A DNA stretch of 61,853 bases, counting the filler, from Coriobacteriales bacterium (GTDB lineage Bacteria; Actinomycetota; Coriobacteriia; Coriobacteriales; UBA8131), in the NCBI GenBank assembly GCA_031263105.1. It is 5 parts of 5 records of this genome, joined end to end, with 100 filler letters (N's around TTAATTAATTAA, not from the genome) between each part and the next. Parts side by side here need not be neighbours in the genome. Positions count along the whole stretch, not along the records: positions 20,584 to 33,988 come from JAISGJ010000022.1; positions 34,089 to 55,880 come from JAISGJ010000043.1; 3 more parts are not named here. One strand, given 5' to 3'. Every line of letters starts with the position of its first letter. Position 1 is the first letter of the stretch. The notes below the pieces were generated by a model, which was not told the DNA's origin, ran no database searches, and saw nothing but the letters and a program-made list of their open reading frames with translations. Of this stretch, positions 30,115 to 39,296 are shown piece after piece. The translations under genes and the position numbers were made by a program.

Positions 30115-33100
30115 TTACGACGAACCGGCATTTGCGCTGTTGTCGGCAGCCCAGCGGTCGGTTATCCAGCAGAGGGCATCGGCGATGCCGCCGCGCCAAC
30201 AGGCGTAGTCGTGCCCGCCGTTGTACTCGATGTAGGCGCAGTCGAGCTTGCGCCGCCGGAGCATCTTGGCGAGGTCGCGGGCGAGGGGAAGCAGGACCCA
30301 CTCCTGCTTCCCGACCTCCAGATAGACGCGCGCCGTGAAGCCCCTCAGCAGGCCCTTCTGCCCCGTCATCCGCGTCAGGAAGCGCCCGCGCCAAAGGGAC
30401 GCGGACTGCAGGACCACGTTCTGGAAGCACGCAGGCCGCCGTATGGCCACCCAGAACGCGGTAAGGGCGCCGAGGCTCTGCCCGGCGATGACGAGGCGGG
30501 CGGGGTCGTCGGTTATGGGGTAGCGCCCGCGCGCCCAGGCGAGGAGGCCGTCGGCGACGAAGTCCTCGATCCTGGAATCCGTGCTCAGCTCGTCCCAGCG
30601 TGCGGCGATGTCGTCGGTCTCGACGAGCAGCGCATACATCGGCGGTATCCTGCCCTCGCCGATGAGGTTGTCGAGCGTCTCGTGGAAGCGCTCGGTGCGC
30701 ATCCACACGTCGCCGTCGAACATGACGAGCGCGGGCAGGGCGGCATCCTTGCCTCGGGGCCCTTCGGGCAGGGCGTCCCGGCCTCGGGGCTCTTCGGGCA
30801 GGGCGGGCTCGTAGACCCAGACCATATGCCCGTCGGGAAGCTGGTGGGAACTGACCTTGCCGCGCCTGGCGACCTGCGGCCTGATGCCGAGCCAAGGCTG
30901 GGGCGGGGCGTCCGCGAGCTCCACCACGGAAAGCGTGTTACGGGCGCGGTTCTGGCATTGCAGGGGGTTGCGCGGGTCGGCGATGCCCCGGTCGAGCGTC
31001 CTGCGGATGGATGCCTGATGCACGCCGGTCATGTCGGAGACGCTCTTCTTGTCGTAGCAGGGCACGAAGCAATACGAGGCGCGCCAGTCCGTCTCCATAC
31101 GGTAGGTGAGGTGCCAGATGTCCGTGTGCCTGATGCGCTTCAGAAGGCTCTTGCCGAGGTCGGTCTCGTCGGTGATGCGGTTCGCGAAGAGCAGGACGGC
31201 GGACGCCCTGCTGTCGCGCCACAGGAAGGTGACGAAGGCATGACCTTCGCTCTTGGGGTCGGGGAGTATGACGGGGGTCTGCCTGCCCGTCGTCTCCCAG
31301 AAGTCCTCGACAGCGGCATCGATGAGGCGTTGGCGCTCCTGTGCGTCGGCGCCCTGCTCCCTGCAGGTGGCATGTATCGCACGTATCGCGGCCTTCAACG
31401 GAGCGATGACGGCGGTCCTCGTTCGTGGCGCCGGCTTTGGGCGGGCGACCTTGGGCGGGATGATGCCCGCCCCCCTGTCGTCATGCTGCGTCTTGCCGTA
31501 GAGCCTTTCGCGACGCAGCTGCCGGACGGTCGGACGTGCAGGGGCGGGGGCCTGGCGGAGGCTGGGCTTCTGGGGCCGGGGGACGGGGGGCAAGGGACGA
31601 AGGGCCGGCCCTGCGGCCCCCTGCTCCTCGGCCCCGTCGCCTGCGGCCCCGTCCTGCCTTGCCGCGTCCCCGGCATCGGCCAGCCAGCCGTCGGCCACCC
31701 AGCACAGGCCGTCGGCGATGCCGCCGCGCCAGCAGACGTAGTCGTGCCCGCCGTTGTACTCGACGTAGCTGCAATCGAGCCCCTGTTGCCGGAGCATCCC
31801 CGCAAGGTCGCGGCTGTACGGCAAAAGGACGTGCTCCTGCCTCCCGACCTCAAGGTAGACGCGCGCCGTGAAGCTGTGGAGCAGGCCCTCGGGGCCTTTC
31901 ATCTGCTCCAAGAGCCTGCCGCGCCACAGGGAGGCGGACTGCGCAATCACGTTCTGGATGCTCTCGGGGCGCTTCGCGGCCACCAGGAGCGCGGTGAGCG
32001 CACCGAGGCTCTGCCCGGCAACGACGAGGCGGGCGGGGTCGTCGGTTATGGGGTAGCGCCCGCGCGCCCAGGCGAGGAGGCCGTCGGCGACGAAGTCCTC
32101 GATGCCCGAGTCCTCGCCGAGCTTCTCCCAACGCGACGCGACGTCACCGGTCTCGACGAGCAGCACGTACATCGGCGGCACCCTGCCCTCGCCGATGAGG
32201 TTGTCGAGCGTCTCGTGGAAGTGCTCGGTGCGCATCCACATGTCGCCGTCGAACATGACGAGCGCGGGCAGCGCGGCGGATGAGGAGGAGGCGGGCGGAC
32301 GAGAGCCGGCGGCACTGCGGGAGACGGCGGGCTGCGCAGCGGCAGACAGCCCGGGCACGCCCTTCCCGCCGCCGGGCAGCGCCCACTTGCCCCGTGCCCG
32401 CACGGGCGCGGCAGGGGGCTCATAGACCCAGACCCTGTAGCCCTCGGGAAGCTCGTGCGTGCTGACCGTGCCATGCCGGGCGACCTGGTGACGGGGGCGC
32501 AGCCAAGGCTGAGGCGGGGCGTCTGCGAGCTCCACCACGGACAGGATGTTGCCGACGCGGTTCTGGCAGCGCAGGGGGTTGCGCGGGTCGGCAATGCCGC
32601 AGTCGAGCGCATGACGGACGGAGGCCTGGTCCGCGCCCAGCAGGTCGGAGACGCCTCCTTTGCCGTAGCAGGGCAGGATGCAGTACGAGGCGCGCCAGTC
32701 CGTCTCCATGCGGTAGGTGAGGTGCCAGACGTCCGTGCCTGGGACACGCCTCATGAGGCTTTTGCCGAGGTCGGTCTCGTCGGTGATGCGGTTGGCGAAC
32801 AGCAGTACGGCGCGTGCCCGATCGTCGCGCCACAGGAAGGTGACGAGGGCATGGCCTGCGCCCTTCGGGTCGGGGGCCATGACGGGGGTCTGCCTTCCTG
32901 CCGTCTGCCAGAAGTCCCTGACGGCGGCATCGATCAGCCGCCGGCATTCCTGCGCGTCCGTCTCCCCCGCCTTCAGCCCGGAGCGTATCTCGCGCAGGCT
33001 GCGCTTGAGGGAGCCGATGACGGGCGGCGTGGGCCCGTAGAGGGGCGCAGGCGTGGGACGCGGGGTCTTCGGCGGCGTCAGGGGCGCAGGCGGGACGGCA

Positions 33101-33147
33101 GCACCCTCATGGGCCGAGGGCATCAAAGCTGCTGGCATCTCGCACAC
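30115..33147 (-). CDS. Tandem-duplicated enterochelin esterase (Fes)-like protein
   Basis: Two full units, each with VTFLWR, WHLTYRMETDWRASY, DPRNP, FDGD, GQSLG nucleophile and YNGGHDY.CWRGG. Confidence 0.88.
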   Translation of the reverse strand: MCEMPAALMPSAHEGAAVPPAPLTPPKTPRPTPAPLYGPTPPVIGSLKRSLREIRSGLKAGETDAQECRRLIDAAVRDFWQTAGRQTPVMAPDPKGAGHALVTFLWRDDRARAVLLFANRITDETDLGKSLMRRVPGTDVWHLTYRMETDWRASYCILPCYGKGGVSDLLGADQASVRHALDCGIADPRNPLRCQNRVGNILSVVELADAPPQPWLRPRHQVARHGTVSTHELPEGYRVWVYEPPAAPVRARGKWALPGGGKGVPGLSAAAQPAVSRSAAGSRPPASSSSAALPALVMFDGDMWMRTEHFHETLDNLIGEGRVPPMYVLLVETGDVASRWEKLGEDSGIEDFVADGLLAWARGRYPITDDPARLVVAGQSLGALTALLVAAKRPESIQNVIAQSASLWRGRLLEQMKGPEGLLHSFTARVYLEVGRQEHVLLPYSRDLAGMLRQQGLDCSYVEYNGGHDYVCWRGGIADGLCWVADGWLADAGDAARQDGAAGDGAEEQGAAGPALRPLPPVPRPQKPSLRQAPAPARPTVRQLRRERLYGKTQHDDRGAGIIPPKVARPKPAPRTRTAVIAPLKAAIRAIHATCREQGADAQERQRLIDAAVEDFWETTGRQTPVILPDPKSEGHAFVTFLWRDSRASAVLLFANRITDETDLGKSLLKRIRHTDIWHLTYRMETDWRASYCFVPCYDKKSVSDMTGVHQASIRRTLDRGIADPRNPLQCQNRARNTLSVVELADAPPQPWLGIRPQVARRGKVSSHQLPDGHMVWVYEPALPEEPRGRDALPEGPRGKDAALPALVMFDGDVWMRTERFHETLDNLIGEGRIPPMYALLVETDDIAARWDELSTDSRIEDFVADGLLAWARGRYPITDDPARLVIAGQSLGALTAFWVAIRRPACFQNVVLQSASLWRGRFLTRMTGQKGLLRGFTARVYLEVGKQEWVLLPLARDLAKMLRRRKLDCAYIEYNGGHDYACWRGGIADALCWITDRWAADNSANAGSS

Positions 33148-33317
33148 CTCATCTCTCGCACATCCCGCCTTTCACATGCCCCGCCTTCGATGCGACGTCC
33201 CCGTCGCCGTCCGAACAGGCCGTATCCCGAATAAGTTATAGTTTACTTACTTAATGATAAGAAAAAGAGGCCGTCCCGGTCAAGTGCCTCTTCCCTTCCG
33301 AGGCGCGAAACCGCTGT

Positions 33318-33476
33318 CGGGTTCGAATCCCGAGGGAGTCTTTTGGGGCCTGCTGGCGGAGAGACAGGGATTCCCAATCGCTCGCTGCGCTCGCGCTTGG
33401 AGGCCTCGCGGGTTCGAATCCCTGTCTTTTTAGCCAGCAGGCCCCCGCGAAACCGGGGGGTTTCGCGGGGGCCTGC
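33318..33476. repeat. tRNA-3'-end-derived direct and inverted repeats
   Basis: 33345-33373 is identical to 33468-33496; 33410-33446 is an inverted near-copy of the tRNA T-arm/acceptor; extra GGGTTCGAATCCC at 33319-33331. Confidence 0.85.
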
Positions 33477-33569
33477 TGGCGGAGAGACAGGGATTCGAAC
33501 CCTGGGAACGGGGGTTGCCCGCTCAACGGTTTTCGAGACCGCCGCTTTCGACCTCTCAGCCATCTCTCC
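33477..33569 (-). tRNA. tRNA-Ser(CGA)
   Basis: GGAGAGATGGCTGAGAGGTCGAAAGCG, anticodon arm GCGGT-CTCGAAA-ACCGT, long variable arm, GGGTTCGAATCCC, acceptor CTCTCC-G-CCA. Confidence 0.96.
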
Positions 33570-33644
33570 GCATGGGCTTGTGATTATACCATCTCGGGCA
33601 GGAGGAGGGGGCTGGTGCCCCCTCCTACCTACGTAACCTGACGT

Positions 33645-33988
33645 GATACACCCCCACTGTCATGATACGCCCCGCTGTCATCCCGAGCCCCCACTGTCGC
33701 CCCGACCCCCCACTGTCGCCCCGAGCCCCCACTGTCGCCCCGAGCCCCCACTGTCATCCCGAGCCCCCACTGTCATCCCGAGCCTGTCGAGGGATCTTCG
33801 ACCGCGCCAGCGGTCGAGCGTGGCCAGAGGGCGCCTCGGCCCGCGCTCGGCTGCTTTGCGCTCCGTGGGCCTGTCGGCCCGTCCTCGCTGAAAACGCGGT
33901 GCGTTTTCCGGGCGCTCGGGTCCCGTGGGCCTGTCGGCCCGTCCTCGCTGAAAACGCGGTGCGTTTTCCGGGCGCTCGGACCCAAGGA
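33645..33988. mobile_element. MITE copy with internal tandem amplifications, cut by the contig end
   Basis: About 6 tandem 19-bp units of the TIR core CTGTC(AT/GC)CCCGAGCCCCCA and a 60-bp-period duplication (33862-33919 and 33922-33979) of a module shared with other copies. Confidence 0.75.
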
Positions 33989-34088
33989 NNNNNNNNNNNN
34001 NNNNNNNNNNNNNNNNNNNNNNNNNNNNNNNNTTAATTAATTAANNNNNNNNNNNNNNNNNNNNNNNNNNNNNNNNNNNNNNNNNNNN
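33989..34088. other. Artificial contig linker
   Basis: N-run/TTAATTAATTAA/N-run. Confidence 0.98.
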
Positions 34089-34987
<899 letters not shown>

Positions 34988-35095
34988 GTGCGTTCCTTCC
35001 CTGTCGTCCGGTCCGTCGGTTCCTGCACCGCTGCGTCCCCGTGTCCTTGCGTCCCCGTGTGCCGTGAGGCCCGAGGCCCCGTGTCCGGGGAGGCG

Positions 35096-35905
35096 CTACC
35101 CGTCGATCGGGCCGAAGCGCTCGAAGGGCAGGAAGCGCAGGAAGGCCTTTCCTGTGATGTCGCTTTCGGGCACCGGCCCGAAGTACCTGCTGTCGAGCGA
35201 GTTCGTGCGGTTGTCCCCCATGAGCCAGACCGCGCCCTCGGGTATGGTGTAGGGATAGCTGATGGCGATCCCCGGCATCTCCTGAAGGGCCACCGAGGGC
35301 TGGCCATGGGTATAGGGCTCGTCGAGGAAGACCCCGTCGACGACGACCTTGCCGTCCCTCAGGTCCACGGTCTGCCCGCCGACGGCGATGCAGCGCTTGA
35401 TGAGGATGCGCCCCTCCTCGATGGGGTCGTCGAAGGTGACGATGTCCCCCTGCCTGGGGCCTCCGAGGTAATAGCTCACCTTCTCGGCGAACAGGCGGTC
35501 GTTCACCTCGATGGTCGGCTCCATCGAGCCGGTCGGGATCTTGTACTGCTCCACGACAAAGGTCTTCAGCAACGCCGCGACGCCGATGGCGACCATGACG
35601 ATGACCAGGAACTCGATGACGTCCCGCAGGATGCGCCTGCTCCTGCTCCCGGCAGCGGGGGACCTGTCGGCATCGCCTTGCCCGCTCGGGGCGGCATGTG
35701 CGAAGCCGCCGGTGGGGGCGTTCGGGGAGACGGTCGGGAGGTCGCCGGGAGGAGCGCCCCACGCGTCGCCCTGTCCGCCCGCAGGGGCGACGGGAGGGCC
35801 GCCCCACGAAGCGTCCGGCGGCACCGCGTCCGGCAGCGCCCCTTGAGGGCCTGTCGCGGGGCCGCCCCAAGGGCCGTCCGGCGGATATCCTCTTTGGTCT
35901 TCCAT
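35096..35905 (-). CDS. lepB: Signal peptidase I
   Basis: TM helix, IPTGSMEPT, LIKRCI, MGDNRTNSLDSRYFG; TGATG overlap with trmD. Confidence 0.95.
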   Translation of the reverse strand: MEDQRGYPPDGPWGGPATGPQGALPDAVPPDASWGGPPVAPAGGQGDAWGAPPGDLPTVSPNAPTGGFAHAAPSGQGDADRSPAAGSRSRRILRDVIEFLVIVMVAIGVAALLKTFVVEQYKIPTGSMEPTIEVNDRLFAEKVSYYLGGPRQGDIVTFDDPIEEGRILIKRCIAVGGQTVDLRDGKVVVDGVFLDEPYTHGQPSVALQEMPGIAISYPYTIPEGAVWLMGDNRTNSLDSRYFGPVPESDITGKAFLRFLPFERFGPIDG

Positions 35906-36690
35906 CAGGTCAAAGCCCTCTCCTCTTGCCAGAGACGAACCGTCTCCCGCTCCTGCTCGGTCAGATCGGCGTGGTCGAGCAGGTCGGGGCGCAACTGCGC
36001 TGTCCTGATTATAGACTGTTTGCGGCGCCACTGCGCTATGAGCCGATGGTTGCCCGAGAGAAGGACCTCGGGGACGTCCATGCCGCGATAGGATGCGGGC
36101 CGCGTGTACTGCGGGTACTCGAGCAGCCCCGCACAGAACGACTCGTCCAAGGGCGACTGCGCATCACCGAGCACGCCCGGCAGCAGGCGGCAGACGGCAT
36201 CGGTGACGACCATGGCCGCAAGCTCCCCGCCCGTGAGGATGTAGTCCCCCAGGCTGATGCAGAGGTCGGCGCGGGTGTAGACCCGCTCGTCGAAGCCCTC
36301 GTACCTGCCGCAGACCATGACGATGCGCTCCTCTTGGGCGAGGTCGGCGGCAAGGCGCTGGTCGAAGGGCAGGCCGACCGGCGCGAAGAAGACGACACGG
36401 GCCGGGGCGTCGCCAAGAAGGTCGTCGAGCGCCTCGAAGACCGGCTCGACCTTCATGAGCTGCCCCGCACCGCCGCCATAGGGCTCGTCGTCGGTGGTGT
36501 TGTGGTTGTCGTGCGTCCAGTCGCGCAGGTCGTGGGCGACAAAATCGAGCAGTCCCGCCCTGCGCGCCCGCCCGATGATGGAAAGGCCCATCGGCGACTC
36601 GAACATCTGGGGGAACACGGAAAGGGCCTCCACGCGCAAGGCCCCTGCGCCCGCTCCCTGCGCTCCCGCAGGCCATGCCTCGTGCATCAT
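35905..36690 (-). CDS. trmD: tRNA (guanine-N1)-methyltransferase
   Basis: DDEPYGGGAG, CGRYEGFDER, SLGDYILTGGE, LLEYPQYTRP, LLSGNH. Confidence 0.97.
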   Translation of the reverse strand: MMHEAWPAGAQGAGAGALRVEALSVFPQMFESPMGLSIIGRARRAGLLDFVAHDLRDWTHDNHNTTDDEPYGGGAGQLMKVEPVFEALDDLLGDAPARVVFFAPVGLPFDQRLAADLAQEERIVMVCGRYEGFDERVYTRADLCISLGDYILTGGELAAMVVTDAVCRLLPGVLGDAQSPLDESFCAGLLEYPQYTRPASYRGMDVPEVLLSGNHRLIAQWRRKQSIIRTAQLRPDLLDHADLTEQERETVRLWQEERALT

Positions 36691-37244
36691 CGGTTCAGCT
36701 CCAACAGCCCCTGGGGGAGGACGACCCTCACCACGTCCCCCTCGCGCCCACGGACGAACTCGTCGACCACGGGGACGAGCAGCTCTCCGAAGGGGCCGTC
36801 CACCACCCAGAGCGCCTGTGCGGCGCCTTGGCGCTCCTCGACGACCGTGCCGAGGACGCCCCGTGCGGCATCGGACACGGTCAGGCCGACGGCCGAGGAC
36901 GGGCCATCGACCGGGGGCGAACCGGGGGCCGGGGGCGGGCCGGGGGCGGCACCCTCCTCTCCCACATCGGCGGTGCGGGCGAGCAGGAAGCGGCCGACGA
37001 GCCGCTCCGCGTCGTCGCGGCCGTCCACTCCTTCAAGGGAGAGGAGCAGGTGCCCGCCCTTCTCCCCCTTCTCGACGGCCGCACGCACGCAGGTCTCCCG
37101 CACCAGGCCGTGGGCAGGCGGGACGACCCAAAGCATGAGGCCTGCCCAGACGTGAGAGGGCAGGCCGTCAAGAGGGTCTGCCACCACCTGCCCGGCAAGG
37201 CCCTTGGCACGGGATATATGCGCTATGCGTCGATAGCCCGGCAT
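36687..37244 (-). CDS. rimM: 16S rRNA processing protein RimM
   Basis: IAHISRAKGLAGQV, EGVDGRDDAERLVG, ELLVPVV...LPQGLLE; position between khpA and trmD. Confidence 0.85.
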   Translation of the reverse strand: MPGYRRIAHISRAKGLAGQVVADPLDGLPSHVWAGLMLWVVPPAHGLVRETCVRAAVEKGEKGGHLLLSLEGVDGRDDAERLVGRFLLARTADVGEEGAAPGPPPAPGSPPVDGPSSAVGLTVSDAARGVLGTVVEERQGAAQALWVVDGPFGELLVPVVDEFVRGREGDVVRVVLPQGLLELNR

Positions 37245-37272
37245 GGTGCTGGTGCTGCCCTCTCAAGGACGG

Positions 37273-37530
37273 TCAGTCCATGACCTCGACTTCGATATGC
37301 GCGCCGCCCGCATACGACGATGCCGCACGCGCCAAGGTCCTGACCGCCTTGATGATCCTGCCCTGGCGTCCGATGACCTTGCCGGCGTCGTCTGGCGCGA
37401 CATGGATCTCGATGACGAGCGTATCGCTCTCGCCCTGCACGCCTGCGACCCTGACCTGCTCGGGCTCATCGACGAGCGAGGTGACGATGGTCTCGACCAG
37501 GCCGATGACGTCTCCCTGCTGGCCGGACAT
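37273..37530 (-). CDS. khpA: KH-domain RNA-binding protein
   Basis: LVDEPEQV...DAGKVIGRQGRIIKAVRT; directly after rpsP. Confidence 0.92.
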   Translation of the reverse strand: MSGQQGDVIGLVETIVTSLVDEPEQVRVAGVQGESDTLVIEIHVAPDDAGKVIGRQGRIIKAVRTLARAASSYAGGAHIEVEVMD

Positions 37531-37934
37531 CACAGGCCCGCTTCCTGGGCCGGATCCACAGGCTCCGCTGCCGCATCTGCTGTGGGCTGGTCTGCCTCCT
37601 GGGCCGGATCCACGGGCTCTGCTGCCGTCTCCATGGGTCGGTCTGCCTCCTTGGTCTGGGCCACGGGCTTCGCTGCCGCCTCCCTGTACCGGTCTGCTTC
37701 CCGGGCCTGGGCCACGAGCTTCGCCACCGTCTCCGTAGGCTGGGCGCCGTCCTTGACCCACCTGTCGATCTTCTCAAGGTCGAGCTTCACAAAGGCCGGC
37801 GTGGCGCAGGGGTTGTAACGGCCGACCTCCTCGATGAAGCGTCCGTCCCTGGGCGAGCGGGCATCGGCGACGACCACGCGGTAGTAGGGGGCTTTCTTGG
37901 CGCCGTGGCGCGCCAAACGAATCTTGACTGCCAA
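37530..37934 (-). CDS. rpsP: 30S ribosomal protein S16 with repetitive C-terminal extension
   Basis: [34 protein letters not shown]...[11 protein letters not shown] start after AAGGAG. Confidence 0.96.
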   Translation of the reverse strand: MAVKIRLARHGAKKAPYYRVVVADARSPRDGRFIEEVGRYNPCATPAFVKLDLEKIDRWVKDGAQPTETVAKLVAQAREADRYREAAAKPVAQTKEADRPMETAAEPVDPAQEADQPTADAAAEPVDPAQEAGL

Positions 37935-37956
37935 AACAGACTCCTTCGTCGACTGG

Positions 37957-38349
37957 TTACTTGAGGGTGACGGCGGCACCGGCATCCTTGAGCTTCTGCT
38001 CGATCTCTTCGGCCTTGGCCTTGTCGACGCCTTCGAGGATCGGCTTGGGGGCGCCCTCGACCAGGTCCTTGGCCTCCTTCAGGCCCAGGCTGGTGATCTC
38101 GCGGACGACCTTGATGACGGCGATCTTGTTGTCGCCGAAGCCTTCGAGGAGGACATCGAAGCTGGTCTTCTCCTCGGCGGCCTCGGCGGCACCGTCGCCG
38201 CCGGCCCCGCCGGCAGGCATGCCGCCTGCGAACACCGGTGCGGCCGCAGACACGCCGAAGACCTCCTCCAGCTCCTTGACGAGCTCGGACAGTTCGAGTG
38301 CGGGCATCTCCTTGAGCGCCGCGATGATATCGTCTTTCGTCACAGCCAT
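37957..38349 (-). CDS. rplL: 50S ribosomal protein L7/L12
   Basis: [51 protein letters not shown]. Confidence 0.98.
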   Translation of the reverse strand: MAVTKDDIIAALKEMPALELSELVKELEEVFGVSAAAPVFAGGMPAGGAGGDGAAEAAEEKTSFDVLLEGFGDNKIAVIKVVREITSLGLKEAKDLVEGAPKPILEGVDKAKAEEIEQKLKDAGAAVTLK

Positions 38350-38362
38350 GGTATGGCTCCTT

Positions 38363-38446
38363 TCGTGTTCGTCGGCCCGGGCGCCTCATGCGCCCTGCGG
38401 CCTGTCGTGTTCGTCGACCCGGGCGCCTTCTGCGCCCTGCGGCCTG
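38363..38446. repeat. 42-bp tandem duplication in the rplJ-rplL spacer
   Basis: TCGTGTTCGTCG(G/A)CCCGGGCGCCT..TGCGCCCTGCGGCCTG twice. Confidence 0.75.
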
Positions 38447-38503
38447 TGGTTCTCCTGTCCTGTCGCCCCGTCCAAGGCGGGGCAGCGCACGACGCCTCGT
38501 GCG

Positions 38504-39019
38504 CTATGCGGCCTTCTCGGCAACGGCGCCAAGGGTACGGACCAGCTTGGATGCAGGGCCGTTGAGCACCCGGACGATGCCGGTGAGCGGGCTTGCACAC
38601 ACACCGAGGAACATGGCGACAAGCTCCTCGCGGGACGGCAGGTCGGCGATGGCCTTTATCTGCGCATCCGTCACGACCTCCCTGTTGAGGAGACCGCCTT
38701 TTATCCCCAGGTTCTCGTTCTCCTTTGCGAAGCCTTTGATCGCCTTGGCCGAGGCGACCGGGTCCCCGCTGACGAAGACGAAGGCCGAGGGGCCCTCCAA
38801 CACCGGGCCGAGGCTCGGCAGCTCGAGGTCGGCCAGGGCACGCTCGGTAAACGAGTTCTTGTAGATTTTGAGCGCCGCCCCCTGTGCGCGGATGCGCCGA
38901 CGGAGGTCCTCCTCCTGCTTGACGGTCAGGCCCCGGTAATCGACGACCCAGACCGCATCGGCAGCCTCAAGGTCCTCCTTGATCCGGCCCACAAGCTCGA
39001 CTTTTGCCTTATTGGGCAT
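38504..39019 (-). CDS. rplJ: 50S ribosomal protein L10
   Basis: VDYRGLTV, LRRRIR, KNSF, LEGPSA, IADLPSREEL; upstream of rplL. Confidence 0.96.
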   Translation of the reverse strand: MPNKAKVELVGRIKEDLEAADAVWVVDYRGLTVKQEEDLRRRIRAQGAALKIYKNSFTERALADLELPSLGPVLEGPSAFVFVSGDPVASAKAIKGFAKENENLGIKGGLLNREVVTDAQIKAIADLPSREELVAMFLGVCASPLTGIVRVLNGPASKLVRTLGAVAEKAA

Positions 39020-39108
39020 ATAACACCTCCTCTCATACAAAACGACCCCCGCTCTAGACAGTGGGGGCCGCCGATGACTTGAGGGCTACGTGCGCCTTCT
39101 CGACAAAC

Positions 39109-39176
39109 GGCCACCTCGGCGGGCGGGGCCCAAAGCCCCATTACGTCCCCTGCGGGACACCGGCTGTCTCAGGTAG
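39109..39176 (-). promoter_or_regulatory. L10 leader (ribosomal protein autoregulatory RNA)
   Basis: ACCTGAGACAGCCGG-hairpin-TAA-hairpin-CCCGCCGAGGT upstream of rplJ fits the L10 leader layout. Confidence 0.8.
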
Positions 39177-39296
39177 CGAGTCCTATAGGTTTTCAAACAG
39201 GGATATTCTCCCAGTTTCTCCCTCTGAGGTCAAATGGAGCCGAACGGGCGACAGAAGGCAAAAGGGGGAGCGCCATACAGGGGACGCTTCCCTGCT

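Noticed and set aside
33675..33783. 19-bp tandem repeats as a CRISPR array
   Set aside because: Head-to-tail with no unique spacers, derived from the MITE TIR, and no cas genes in the window.
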